The notes under the pieces are model-generated. The model had not been told where the DNA came from. It did not search any database and saw only the letters and a program-made list of their open reading frames with translations. From a virus, in the IMG/VR virus record IMGVR_UViG_3300045988_117195, positions 31,385-95,384 of that record: a stretch of 64,000 nt of DNA. One strand, written 5' to 3'. Every line of letters begins with the position of its first letter. Positions within the stretch are counted from its first letter, which is position 1. Below, piece by piece: positions 29,608 through 39,298 of this stretch. The translations under genes were made by a program, and so were the position numbers.

Positions 29608-30623
29608 CGTTTTATCTTTTTAGACGGATCCCAATCTGAAGAGAAAGGGCATTCGTTTTTGTTATGTAATCCAAAGTCACAATAATAACACAGTGCCGAC
29701 GGGCAGGGCAGCTTGTTTTGCGAAACAGGCTGGCTTAGGGTGGCACGCCGCTTGCTATACCTGGCTCCTTCTGCTCCCTGGATGTACGCTTGAAATGATT
29801 TTACACTATTATCTTCAAAATCATACATTTTAGACAAAGTGTCATTTAGCATCTCTATAGATTTTGTTTTACGTTCCTCATCCACCTTAACCTTTTGGTA
29901 CTGCCTGGTCCTGGTAAAGAAATAGATGTTCATATCTGGAAGAACTCCACCATATTTTCTATAGATGTAAAATGAATATATAGGATGCTGTAAATTCGTT
30001 TCCAACTTCTTAGAATCAAAAACCTTATTACCTGATTTCCAATCTATGACATAATGGTGAACTACGTTCTTGCTTTTTATAGCCAGATGAAGGTCTACCG
30101 ATCCTACTATGTACACATGAGTATGAATTACTCCATTTATGTTAACAGGCTTAGGAAGACGGTACGGCAGCACAAAATCTTCTTCGACTCCAACTATAGC
30201 GCCGTGTCTGATAAGTTTCTCGCAGGGATTAAGATCACTATCAGCTATCATAAACCTATTGCCGTCTTTTTTGAACAGATCCACAATCCAAGCAAGAAGC
30301 TCTCCAGATTGCTTCATGGCTATCATCATATTTTCCGGTGATTGCCAAGGTATGTCTTCTTGGTAAGCATAGTAACTTATAGCTTCCCCCAGGTCTTTGC
30401 CAGAAGGCTGTCTTCCGTTCTTGAAGAAGTATTCCAGTGTCTTATGAATAACCGTACCATAAGACGTAGCTTCTTGTTTTTCCGTAGACCTTTTGCCCTC
30501 CACGTAAGTCTTATACCATTTCATTGGACAAGTAAGAAACGTATCTATCTGGGAATAAGATATGGCAAGACGTTTCACGCCATTAAACTCCTTATATAGC
30601 AAATGCGTTTCCGGGACCATCAT
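29604..30623 (-). CDS. Cas4/RecB-like PD-(D/E)XK exonuclease with 4-Cys Fe-S cluster
   Basis: N-terminal Cys (CPMKWYK) plus C-terminal CPSALCYYCDFGLHNKNECPF; GSVDLH...IDWKSG (D..D-x-K) and QHPIYSFYIY (QxxxY) motifs. Confidence 0.75.
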   Translation of the reverse strand: MMVPETHLLYKEFNGVKRLAISYSQIDTFLTCPMKWYKTYVEGKRSTEKQEATSYGTVIHKTLEYFFKNGRQPSGKDLGEAISYYAYQEDIPWQSPENMMIAMKQSGELLAWIVDLFKKDGNRFMIADSDLNPCEKLIRHGAIVGVEEDFVLPYRLPKPVNINGVIHTHVYIVGSVDLHLAIKSKNVVHHYVIDWKSGNKVFDSKKLETNLQHPIYSFYIYRKYGGVLPDMNIYFFTRTRQYQKVKVDEERKTKSIEMLNDTLSKMYDFEDNSVKSFQAYIQGAEGARYSKRRATLSQPVSQNKLPCPSALCYYCDFGLHNKNECPFSSDWDPSKKIKR

Positions 30624-30979
30624 AAGTCATTGTCTTTAAATCCTTCCGGGTAATATACGACATACTTCTTACCGTCCTCCGGCGTCATGGCAAACTGCAT
30701 GTAGTTATTACGATTACGATGCTTGCCATCTAATCCTCGTTTCCAATACAGGATACCGTCTATATCCACATAAGACCGTCCGCGTTCGGCTCTAACCACG
30801 TCCGTGTGTAGCAGATACCCGTCGGAAGACACGATCCACACTTTATCCCCTTTGTTTAAATAAGATATTCTTTTTCTTACAACAACCTTTTTCTTATTAT
30901 CCAATACAAATTCCTCGTCAGTCATACTCTTCATCCTCCTCTTCTTCTGTTTCAAAATCAATTCCATAACACTGATCAT
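30620..30979 (-). CDS. hypothetical protein
   Basis: ORF in minus block. Confidence 0.45.
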   Translation of the reverse strand: MISVMELILKQKKRRMKSMTDEEFVLDNKKKVVVRKRISYLNKGDKVWIVSSDGYLLHTDVVRAERGRSYVDIDGILYWKRGLDGKHRNRNNYMQFAMTPEDGKKYVVYYPEGFKDNDL

Positions 30980-31142
30980 AATGCTTGGTCAGTTCTTCTG
31001 GTTCTAAATCTTGTCCAAAATCCATGTTAAAAATATCGTAATTAGTAAAGCACTTAAAATCACTGTTCCCGCAGGCAGGAAATCTATGAATGCTGCTTTT
31101 ATTTCTTCAATTAGGCCCAAGTGTAACCTTGGGCCATTGTAT

Positions 31143-32843
31143 TTATTTTTTGTCATCTCCTTTTAATTTCTTTAAAGTATCTGCAATCGGAAGCTGATCA
31201 ATGACTCCCAATGCCGGAGCGACGGTCTTGACAACATTGTTAAGGAAATTACCGGTACTGTTCTGACCGCCGTCAAATACCGTGATATTTCCGAGATTAA
31301 TGTGCTCAAATGCTTTAACCTGTTCTCCAGCAATTTCTTTCCACTGATTAACCATCTTGTACTGGATGGCGATCTGAGGATTGGATTCTGCTGCTTCCAC
31401 CATAGCCTTAAATCCGTCGGCTTCTGCCATTAACGACTTTTTCTTACCTTCGGCTTCTGCCTCCAGCTTCATCTGAATAGCTTTTGCCTCTGCCTCAGCT
31501 TTTGCCAAATGTGCTGATGCCTCAGCCTCAGCCCGGCGTTTGATCTTCTCGGCCTCGGCATCAGCTTGCAAGATAGCCTCTTCCTTCTGGGTTTCAGCCG
31601 GCACAATCTTTTCAGCCTTAAGCGCAGCCTGAACTTTCTTAGCCTTAGCTTCTTCCACTTCTTTGTCTGCAAGCTCTTTTGCTGTTTTTACAGCCGCTTC
31701 CGATTTAACTTTTTCTTCTCCGGCCTTCTTTTCTGATTGAGCTTTGATAATCTGCAATTCTGATACTGACACAGCAACCTCCTTCTGGGCATTGTTGTAT
31801 CCTATAGACGCATTTTTCTCAGCCTCAGCCTTCTTAATCTGAGCTTCAGAGTTTTGTATTGCTATAGCTGCTTCCTTGTCAGCTTCAGCCTTGTTCTTTC
31901 CGACTTCTTCCATCCTTTCAGCCTCGGCTTTATTTACTTCAAGTTCTGCCTTAGATCTTACGATCGCCGATTCCTTGTCGGTTAAAGTTTTTGCGATAAC
32001 CGCAGCCCTATCTCTATCTGCTTGAGCTACACCAATCTGTTTTTCTTTATCGGTTAAAGCCAAAGCTATTTCTTTTTCTTTCTTCGTTTCAGCTACTATT
32101 GTTTCCTTTTCTTTTTCAGTACAAGCAATTTGAATCTCTTGTTCTTTTTTGGTATTAGCCACAGCCGTTTCTTTCTCCTTCTGCTGTACAGCAATCTTAA
32201 TAGCCCCCAGCTTCTCCTGTTCTTCGATATTAGCCTGTGCTTCGTTCAGAGCCCTACTTTCAGCCTCCTTACCAAGGTTCATAATATAACCGGCTTCGTC
32301 TCTAATGTCACTGATGTTGATGTTCAGGAGGTAAAGACCTAACTTGTTAAGCTCGTTATCAATGTTCTTTCTTGCCTTATCCAAAAACTCATCCCTGTCA
32401 GAATTAAGTTTTTCGATTGTCATTTCAGCAATAATCAAACGCATCTGACCGTAAACGATGTCCGTAATAAGATTTTCAGTAGATTCGGTATCCATTCCCA
32501 AAAGTCTTTCTGCCGCATTTTGCATGATCTCTGGATTTGTACTGATAGCTACTGTAATAGTCGTAGGAACATCTACTCTAATATTCTGAGATGACAAAGC
32601 ACCGGTAAGCTTGCAATCTATTTGCATAGGCTCCATTGACAAAACATCATAGCTTTGAATAATAGGCAAGACAAATGCCGCTCCACCATGATATAATTTC
32701 GCCGATTTCTTTTCCCCACCTGTCTTACCATAAACGACCAAGACCTGATTAGGCTTACATCTACGATACCTTGATAAGACTCCGATGATTGTCAAAATAA
32801 TCACTACAGCTAAGATAGCTGACACGTACATGATTGTTGTCAT
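31143..32843 (-). CDS. flotillin-like SPFH/band-7 protein (FloT/YuaG family) with N-terminal TM helix and long Ala/Glu/Lys coiled-coil
   Basis: Collinear with B. subtilis FloT: YRRCKPNQVLVVYG, GGAAFVLPIIQ, AGYIMNLGKEAESRALNEA, EA-repeat region, C-terminal NITVFDGG. Confidence 0.85.
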   Translation of the reverse strand: MTTIMYVSAILAVVIILTIIGVLSRYRRCKPNQVLVVYGKTGGEKKSAKLYHGGAAFVLPIIQSYDVLSMEPMQIDCKLTGALSSQNIRVDVPTTITVAISTNPEIMQNAAERLLGMDTESTENLITDIVYGQMRLIIAEMTIEKLNSDRDEFLDKARKNIDNELNKLGLYLLNINISDIRDEAGYIMNLGKEAESRALNEAQANIEEQEKLGAIKIAVQQKEKETAVANTKKEQEIQIACTEKEKETIVAETKKEKEIALALTDKEKQIGVAQADRDRAAVIAKTLTDKESAIVRSKAELEVNKAEAERMEEVGKNKAEADKEAAIAIQNSEAQIKKAEAEKNASIGYNNAQKEVAVSVSELQIIKAQSEKKAGEEKVKSEAAVKTAKELADKEVEEAKAKKVQAALKAEKIVPAETQKEEAILQADAEAEKIKRRAEAEASAHLAKAEAEAKAIQMKLEAEAEGKKKSLMAEADGFKAMVEAAESNPQIAIQYKMVNQWKEIAGEQVKAFEHINLGNITVFDGGQNSTGNFLNNVVKTVAPALGVIDQLPIADTLKKLKGDDKK

Positions 32844-32875
32844 AACTTTTAAAATTTAATTGTTGATAAAAAAAA

Positions 32876-33370
32876 TTAGATACTTAATTCTCCTTCTTCG
32901 TATTTTATATTCGCCTTGTCACCGTTTTTGTAAGTTTTTCCAGACAAGCATCTTACTCTCATTTGCTCCTGTCTTCCATTTTTCGAAATATTTACCATAT
33001 AATGATTCTTCCCTGATCTAAATACTATCTCCACCTCTCTGCCATTCAAATCTTCCGGACATTCGTACACCATTTCTTGTTTTAACTTAAGAAGTAACTT
33101 ATATACGTAAAACAAAACGATAAAGAAAAATGACCCTATTACGATCCCTACTAAATGGGAACCCGAAAAGTACGTAGTCCAGCTATATCCAAGAATAAAA
33201 TGTGTTATGCCTTTGAATGATATGATGTCCGACAAAGACATGCTTAAATCAGAAGCGTTATCAATGTCAATATCCGTATCCAGATCAGATCCTAATATCG
33301 ACAATAAAAACTGTATAACAAAAGCAAATGACGCTATTAAAGCCATGCATAAAATTATATCATTTCCCAT
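32876..33370 (-). CDS. NfeD-like (YuaF-type) membrane protein with C-terminal OB-fold
   Basis: Three hydrophobic helices then beta-rich C-terminus (DLNGREVEIVF..GKNHYMVN...GDKANIKYEEGELSI); immediately upstream of flotillin gene as in yuaF-floT. Confidence 0.65.
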   Translation of the reverse strand: MGNDIILCMALIASFAFVIQFLLSILGSDLDTDIDIDNASDLSMSLSDIISFKGITHFILGYSWTTYFSGSHLVGIVIGSFFFIVLFYVYKLLLKLKQEMVYECPEDLNGREVEIVFRSGKNHYMVNISKNGRQEQMRVRCLSGKTYKNGDKANIKYEEGELSI

Positions 33371-33611
33371 ATCCTTCTGTTATTATTTTGTAAACAAGAT
33401 CAGTCATATCTTTGATGGATTCTGTATCATAATCAATAATAACGATATTGAATTTTTGTTCCACCATCGTATCAAGCTCAATTCGATCAATAGAATCTAA
33501 TCCAAGTTCTTTAAACGACACATCTTCTTCATGAACTATATCCATTTCCGAATTAAGAAACTGAGTAATAATTATATCCTCTATTATCTTTCTAATTCTT
33601 ACTTTTTCCAT
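33360..33611 (-). CDS. acyl carrier protein-like (phosphopantetheine attachment Ser in LGLDSIDRIEL)
   Basis: 83 aa, acidic; alignable along full length to AcpP (VRIRKIIEDI..., FKELGLDSIDRIELDTMVEQKFNIVI, DLVYKI). Confidence 0.7.
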   Translation of the reverse strand: MEKVRIRKIIEDIIITQFLNSEMDIVHEEDVSFKELGLDSIDRIELDTMVEQKFNIVIIDYDTESIKDMTDLVYKIITEGYGK

Positions 33612-34312
33612 TGCTTTCTAATTTTGTTAAATAAATACGTTTTTATGTTTTTCAACCTCTCTTTGTCTGTTTCCGAACTTCCGGTAAACAAATAATCCGG
33701 ATTGCCTTTAGCCGGCGGCGTAGGCAATTTAGATACGGCAAACAACCAATCCATTTCCTTATTCTTCTTAGGCTCCAAATAAGGCTCGGTAGCGATCTTA
33801 AATTTTTCAGCTATTAGGTCAAAGAGCTTTGAGTTTTTAAGGTTCATATGGACTGAAAAAGCCTGAGAAGGCGGTTTCCATATGAAGTTACATAAGCTCA
33901 TTGTGTAATCTCCTGACTCTGCTATATAAGATTCCGTTACTTGAAGTATGACCTCTTTCTTAAATGAAGTATTACCCATAAACCAACACAATCTGGATTC
34001 CGCTTCTTTTCTGCTGACACCTATGTCTTTTGAATATGATTCGTACATTCCTATCATAATCTTCAACGTTTCCAGAACCTCGTCCGTCATTTCCGGTGTC
34101 TCTATATAATTCACAAAAGACGTTCCTTTGTTGGTTAATCTCATCACGCCTGATTTTAATTTCTCAACCAGGCCAAGCTCTATATATCTTCCAGCGTCTT
34201 CTTCCGGTATGGCTTCGATCATAACCGCATCCTTCTGTCTTATGGCAAGAAGATTAGCGAGATCATTAGGAGTCATGTCTGATGCTGTAAGTTGTCTGAA
34301 ATTGATGTACAT
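33599..34312 (-). CDS. hypothetical protein (first gene of ACP-NfeD-flotillin operon)
   Basis: ORF overlapping ACP start by 13 nt. Confidence 0.5.
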   Translation of the reverse strand: MYINFRQLTASDMTPNDLANLLAIRQKDAVMIEAIPEEDAGRYIELGLVEKLKSGVMRLTNKGTSFVNYIETPEMTDEVLETLKIMIGMYESYSKDIGVSRKEAESRLCWFMGNTSFKKEVILQVTESYIAESGDYTMSLCNFIWKPPSQAFSVHMNLKNSKLFDLIAEKFKIATEPYLEPKKNKEMDWLFAVSKLPTPPAKGNPDYLFTGSSETDKERLKNIKTYLFNKIRKQWKK

Positions 34313-34314
34313 TC

Positions 34315-34521
34315 CTAATCAGCTTTAATGAAAATAACATCTCTATTATCCTCCCTCTCCGCGTGACTACACGGACCTGCAATCACATCCACTGCCCCGC
34401 ATGTAAAGTAATTGAATATACATCCTTCACATCCTGCATTTGGCGCCGTAGGTTCCACACATTTTAATCTCACAAGTCCGGCATCAAACACTTCTCCTAC
34501 TTTAAATTCCTTCTTTTCCAT
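34315..34521 (-). CDS. small Cys-rich protein (5 Cys), possible metal-binding
   Basis: 68-aa ORF with CVEP...CEGC...C...C. Confidence 0.4.
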   Translation of the reverse strand: MEKKEFKVGEVFDAGLVRLKCVEPTAPNAGCEGCIFNYFTCGAVDVIAGPCSHAEREDNRDVIFIKAD

Positions 34522-34536
34522 ATTTCCTCCTTGTTT

Positions 34537-35139
34537 TTAACTGTTGTACCCTTCTTTGATAATCGAATTTCTACCGGTAGATACCGACTGTCGAAGATCG
34601 TCATGTACAGAATCTACCGTAGAATACTTGTTTCTGGTTGTAAAAATCACTTCCAGCATCTCCTTGTAATCACCTAAAGCTACTTCGTATCTCGGATCCA
34701 CTTTGGCTTTTCTTTCAGCCTCGGCATTACTTTTAGCCAGCTCTCGGTCGAGAAGGTCTTCTTTGATCCGGTCAGCAATCATATCAAGTTCTTTTTTAAT
34801 AACTTCTCCTGCTGCCCGAAGTTGACCTTCTACGTCACCAAGCTGGTCTTGGACGGTACCTATTTCTTTCTTTAGACGATCGTATTCGTTAATCATACCC
34901 ATATCACCTGCATAACCAGAAAAGTCTTTGATTATTCTGGTCCCTTCTTTAAGAAGCTCAATGACTCGTCTTTTGCGTTCTCTGCTTATTAAAGACGGAA
35001 GACGATAATTCATATCCGCTACTGCTTTATCATGTATGGAGTTGATTAAAAACATCTCTCTTTCATCCCCTGCGAACTCAGTAAGAACCAAAAGGAACTT
35101 ACTTATCAGGTATTCGTTTTCTTCTACGGTAAGTCTCAT
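34537..35139 (-). CDS. hypothetical coiled-coil protein
   Basis: ORF in minus block. Confidence 0.5.
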   Translation of the reverse strand: MRLTVEENEYLISKFLLVLTEFAGDEREMFLINSIHDKAVADMNYRLPSLISRERKRRVIELLKEGTRIIKDFSGYAGDMGMINEYDRLKKEIGTVQDQLGDVEGQLRAAGEVIKKELDMIADRIKEDLLDRELAKSNAEAERKAKVDPRYEVALGDYKEMLEVIFTTRNKYSTVDSVHDDLRQSVSTGRNSIIKEGYNS

Positions 35140-35152
35140 ACGTTTCTTTTTT

Positions 35153-36277
35153 TTAATATACTGACTGTTCTTCCTTTACCTCTTGTTCTTGATCTTGATT
35201 GTTCGTAACGTCTTCCACAGTATAGAGCTTGGGCGGCGTCGGCGGCTGGTTGGGGTTCACGAACTTCGTCCCTCCCTCCCCGTACATCCATCCATGCCCC
35301 GGCAGGATCTCTGGGTGGATTGTATTAGTAAGCTCTTCCATACTAACTTGCCTTACCTTCAGTATATGATGAAACACCAGTCCGGCTGTCCTGAATGATG
35401 TTTTGTTTTCAGTTTTAAACCGGTCAAGAGTCTGATACCAATCTTTTCCAAATATCATATACTTATCCAGCCCGTATCTGCGAGGATTATGCAAGCCTAT
35501 CATTAACGTACATAGTTGTCCCAACGTATCAGATTGGTAAAAATCAGAAAGACGCGGAGGCTGCTCTTGGGGACTTTTTATCCGTCCTTCTATTTCTCTG
35601 TTGAATTGGGATATAATGAGAAAAAATATGTTTTTATACACTAATTTGGCTTCATTCATTACCGCCACCAAATCATCTATAGCCGACTTAGGATCCAATC
35701 CCATTCTTTTTATCAAAGCAATATGATCGACTTTAAATATTATAAGACGTTTGTCCTTGTGTCTGGTAGCTATATGATACACAGCCGCCTCAAATTCTTT
35801 TACCGTACATGGAGCATCAATGTATATTATATTATTTCTGATTTCACCCTGAAGGATTTCAAACATCCTCATCTCTTCTACTGTATTAGAATCTTGCCTT
35901 CTTAATATTTCAGGAGCCCGCTTTTTCATATCCTGGCTCATCCTGCGAAGAAGAAGATCTTGAGGATTCATTTCGAACTCGCAATTGACAAGAAAATAAT
36001 CTTCTGCTTGCGGGTTGATCATCGGATTCATCACATTTTCCAATATCTTTTGGGCCACATACGATTTACCCACAGATGGCCGAGCTCCTATGGCAATAGC
36101 ATGCTGAGGGAAAATACCTCCAAGCAAAGCCTCATCAATATAATCGTATCCGGTTTTAGCGGGGATAAGCTCTCCCCGCCTGTATTTTAAGATATTCTCA
36201 TACGCCTCCTCCATAACCTGTTTAGAGGTTTTGAATATCCTTCTTATATCTATCCTATTTGCTATCTCCTCTTGCAT
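35153..36277 (-). CDS. DnaB-like replicative helicase (RecA-fold ATPase domain)
   Basis: Walker A IGARPSVGKSYVAQKI typical of DnaB C-domain; Walker B-like IIYIDAP; ORF track start 36286 is GTG, ATG at 36277. Confidence 0.7.
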   Translation of the reverse strand: MQEEIANRIDIRRIFKTSKQVMEEAYENILKYRRGELIPAKTGYDYIDEALLGGIFPQHAIAIGARPSVGKSYVAQKILENVMNPMINPQAEDYFLVNCEFEMNPQDLLLRRMSQDMKKRAPEILRRQDSNTVEEMRMFEILQGEIRNNIIYIDAPCTVKEFEAAVYHIATRHKDKRLIIFKVDHIALIKRMGLDPKSAIDDLVAVMNEAKLVYKNIFFLIISQFNREIEGRIKSPQEQPPRLSDFYQSDTLGQLCTLMIGLHNPRRYGLDKYMIFGKDWYQTLDRFKTENKTSFRTAGLVFHHILKVRQVSMEELTNTIHPEILPGHGWMYGEGGTKFVNPNQPPTPPKLYTVEDVTNNQDQEQEVKEEQSVY

Positions 36278-36533
36278 TTTTGTCACCTTTCGTATCCGAT
36301 TTGGATCCCCTATTAGCTTTTACTGATTTATACCTAAGACCGTTCTTGGTATGAGAACAATCCTTGCCTTTCCTCCAGCTTTTGCCCTTCTTCTTGTCCG
36401 TTTCGTAGTTTTTACGACCAAGCTCCCGGCGTTTGGCTTTCTGTTCCGGTCTGGCATTTATCTCCTTGTCCTTTTTAGCCTTTTTCTTCCTGGCTTCGGG
36501 ATGAGTCCTGTAGTACTCTGTCGATCTACCCAT
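36255..36533 (-). CDS. Lys/Arg-rich highly basic small protein (tentative)
   Basis: 92-aa low-complexity ORF in minus block between zinc-ribbon gene and DnaB. Confidence 0.35.
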   Translation of the reverse strand: MGRSTEYYRTHPEARKKKAKKDKEINARPEQKAKRRELGRKNYETDKKKGKSWRKGKDCSHTKNGLRYKSVKANRGSKSDTKGDKNARGDSK

Positions 36534-36585
36534 GTGCTTATGTTTTTTTTGATTAATAATAGCACAAAGATAGGCAATTCGCGCC

Positions 36586-37152
36586 CTATTTCAATCTGCC
36601 GTAACTCATATCAGGATCACACCAGACATACCCGTCTTTCTCATCATGAAGATACTCAGGGCATCCTCTGCATGCGCTACTGCCTGACACTATTTGGTTG
36701 TTCTTATTAGGGCACTTATCTCCAGGCTTATGCCATTCTATTCTCGAACCTGATCGTTCTTTGTTTACATGACAGAACTGAAAGACTTTTCCCATCGTCT
36801 TCTCGCCGAACATACCTATATGTGTGTATTCTTCCGGTATAGATAGAAATTCGGATAAATCTTTATACATCCTTTCCCGTTCCTCCGGCGTAGACCATAG
36901 TCTATCAAGTTCGGCATGGACTCTTATCTTAAGAGACCTCAGTGATGGCCCCGCAAGCCGGCCTTTAGCTTTTCCCTTATTCGGCCCTGATTCATGAACA
37001 CCGACATAAGCATTGCATGGTTTACACATCATAACCATCCCTAAGCCTTTTCTGCTATATATTTTATCGGCATTGACCAACTCGGTTTCTCTTCCGCAAT
37101 AAGGGCAAATTTCGCCTCTTAAAATCCGTTGTTGCCGCACATTGAGTTCCAT
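36586..37152 (-). CDS. zinc-ribbon protein
   Basis: CPYCG...CKPC and CRGCPEY Cys clusters. Confidence 0.5.
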   Translation of the reverse strand: MELNVRQQRILRGEICPYCGRETELVNADKIYSRKGLGMVMMCKPCNAYVGVHESGPNKGKAKGRLAGPSLRSLKIRVHAELDRLWSTPEERERMYKDLSEFLSIPEEYTHIGMFGEKTMGKVFQFCHVNKERSGSRIEWHKPGDKCPNKNNQIVSGSSACRGCPEYLHDEKDGYVWCDPDMSYGRLK

Positions 37153-37397
37153 ACTCTATCCTTTTGTTTCTCTTTAAACTTTTCATACAAACTGCTTTCA
37201 GTTTCCATTTCCGAGATCTCCACCTCTACGTCCTCTCTTTTGAAAATTACTTTCTTGGCTGTAGGATACGCACATTTAGAGATACGAATAGCATTACGAA
37301 TAGCGTAAACAAAATACGTTTCTGGTGATGATTCGATCACCACTACCTCGTTTAAAGTGTTTTTATAATTTTCCATGTTGTTATCTACTTGCTTCAA
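37119..37397 (-). CDS. hypothetical protein
   Basis: ORF in minus block. Confidence 0.4.
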   Translation of the reverse strand: MKQVDNNMENYKNTLNEVVVIESSPETYFVYAIRNAIRISKCAYPTAKKVIFKREDVEVEISEMETESSLYEKFKEKQKDRVWNSMCGNNGF

Positions 37398-37734
37398 TTA
37401 CACACCCTGGATTATCTTCACATGCCTCTTTGTATTCGATAAGAAACTTAAGAAATGAATCATAAGACCCCCATCCGTTTTCTGGTTCGTATCTCAAAAG
37501 ACTCTTTCTCTTGGAGATCATAATATATATACCTTTTGTGAGTATCTTCGCCATCTCTTTGGTATCTATTTCCCTACCCAATTCTTCCGGTCTCCAAACA
37601 TAATCGTATAGTGTTTCTTTGTTTTCTGATACGAATATTTTTTGTGCCATCTTGTTCATGTTGTGGGTGATGTTTGCAACCCATTTACGATCCTCTTCTT
37701 TCTTCTTGCTCTTAATATAAACGTCCAGGCTCAT
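37381..37734 (-). CDS. hypothetical protein
   Basis: ORF in minus block. Confidence 0.45.
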   Translation of the reverse strand: MSLDVYIKSKKKEEDRKWVANITHNMNKMAQKIFVSENKETLYDYVWRPEELGREIDTKEMAKILTKGIYIMISKRKSLLRYEPENGWGSYDSFLKFLIEYKEACEDNPGCVIEASR

Positions 37735-38725
37735 AATATTTCTCTTTTACTTTGTTATTAATTATCAAATCTGCCACATCATCTCCGTCCCCTACATTCT
37801 CAACACTCTGAAGATAGTCCGATACTTTTATCCTTGACTTCATCATCATCCCATCTATCTTTTTACTCCATGTGTCAAATGCTTGTCCTTTGTCCGGAAA
37901 AGCTACAGTCTTTCTATCTTTTAAAACATCTATCACTTCCGGTCTTAAGTTCTGCAACCCACCGGTAGCTACAAACAACTCATCTGGTTTATTCACGGCG
38001 CATATAATAGCCGTCTTTTCTGACTCCACCAAATTAACTACCTTATCTGGATACTGGCTTAGAAGATGTTCTCCAAACAGGCATTGTCTAAACAAGAAGT
38101 CTCTTGCATGCAACGAGTGATAAAACATGACATGAGGTCGCTCATTGTCACCGTCTTTTTCCTTCACTCTTTTTACATCAATCTCATTCCCCTGGCTGTC
38201 GGTCTTTATATAAAAGTCCATGATCTTGCCGGTTCTACATACAAAATCTTTGTCTATCTGCCAGAATATACAACACCCTTTCCATCCCCATAAGTCCATT
38301 GTTCCAACATGATACCTTCTAAATACGTCAGATACCCTTTCTTTTCCCCATAGAGACGATAAAAATCTAAATACGGTGTTTCTATCGTCTGGAACTACAG
38401 TCCTCTCAAACTCGCTAAAAGGTATGTAATTTACAACGTCAGGATTTACAGGAGGACGATAAGCTCTTATGCACTTATTTCCCGAAATCCAAAGATCTTT
38501 GTCACCTACATCCTTGCCGGTAGGTCGTTTATCATAACCGCAAGTTCGTTCATGATCGCATCTTCCAAACTCATTGCCAACGACCTGACCGGTCGCCACA
38601 TCAATATAAGGGGTAAGGCACCGGCTTTTCCCGCAAGCCGGGCAGGTTAGCTTCAGTCGGCTCCTGCCAGGCCTGCGGTCAAGTTGAAACCGAGGTACGT
38701 TTTCGTATTTTCTAAAATCAAGCAT
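37712..38725 (-). CDS. DNA primase-like (zinc finger plus TOPRIM)
   Basis: CPACGKSRC...C..H..C zinc finger; TOPRIM-like VVNLVESEKTAIICA and downstream acidic DxD-like region. Confidence 0.55.
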   Translation of the reverse strand: MLDFRKYENVPRFQLDRRPGRSRLKLTCPACGKSRCLTPYIDVATGQVVGNEFGRCDHERTCGYDKRPTGKDVGDKDLWISGNKCIRAYRPPVNPDVVNYIPFSEFERTVVPDDRNTVFRFLSSLWGKERVSDVFRRYHVGTMDLWGWKGCCIFWQIDKDFVCRTGKIMDFYIKTDSQGNEIDVKRVKEKDGDNERPHVMFYHSLHARDFLFRQCLFGEHLLSQYPDKVVNLVESEKTAIICAVNKPDELFVATGGLQNLRPEVIDVLKDRKTVAFPDKGQAFDTWSKKIDGMMMKSRIKVSDYLQSVENVGDGDDVADLIINNKVKEKYYEPGRLY

Positions 38726-39068
38726 TTTTAATTCCTCTCATTGCTTCTATGATTCTATCTGCTATAGTTATAGACCATGACACCACATCCGGTACATATA
38801 CTCCGCAATCTATTTCACCTTTTCTATTTTGTGCTTTAATAAACTCAATAGAATAAGCCTTAACAAGATCGAATCTACGTTGCTCCCAGTCTACATCTTT
38901 GTTTTCATCATCCACAGGAAGGGTATCGAGATAAAAATTTAAACTCTCACTTATCACACTCCCATTATTACCATAGAACTGTATTCTGTCATGGTCGCTT
39001 CTTGTAGTTGAGCTACTAAAGGTGATTACGTCTATTATCTCTCCTGTTTTTCTAATTTTTCTCTTCAT
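38718..39068 (-). CDS. hypothetical protein
   Basis: ORF in minus block. Confidence 0.45.
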   Translation of the reverse strand: MKRKIRKTGEIIDVITFSSSTTRSDHDRIQFYGNNGSVISESLNFYLDTLPVDDENKDVDWEQRRFDLVKAYSIEFIKAQNRKGEIDCGVYVPDVVSWSITIADRIIEAMRGIKNA

Positions 39069-39298
39069 ACTCTTCTTGTATTTCTGACCAGTATAGGCAT
39101 TATTGTTTCAACGGTCTTGCCATATTTCTTATGAGATGCAAGTACGCATATTGCATATTTATCTCCTATTCTCAAATCTTTCGATAATCTTAATCTCGAA
39201 CCCCTTTCGATATTAATAAAATAATCACCAAAAGGATTGATATGTATCGGTTTTACGATTTCCACATAATCTCCTTTAGGAATAACAATATCGCTCAT
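39065..39298 (-). CDS. hypothetical protein
   Basis: ORF in minus block. Confidence 0.4.
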   Translation of the reverse strand: MSDIVIPKGDYVEIVKPIHINPFGDYFINIERGSRLRLSKDLRIGDKYAICVLASHKKYGKTVETIMPILVRNTRRV

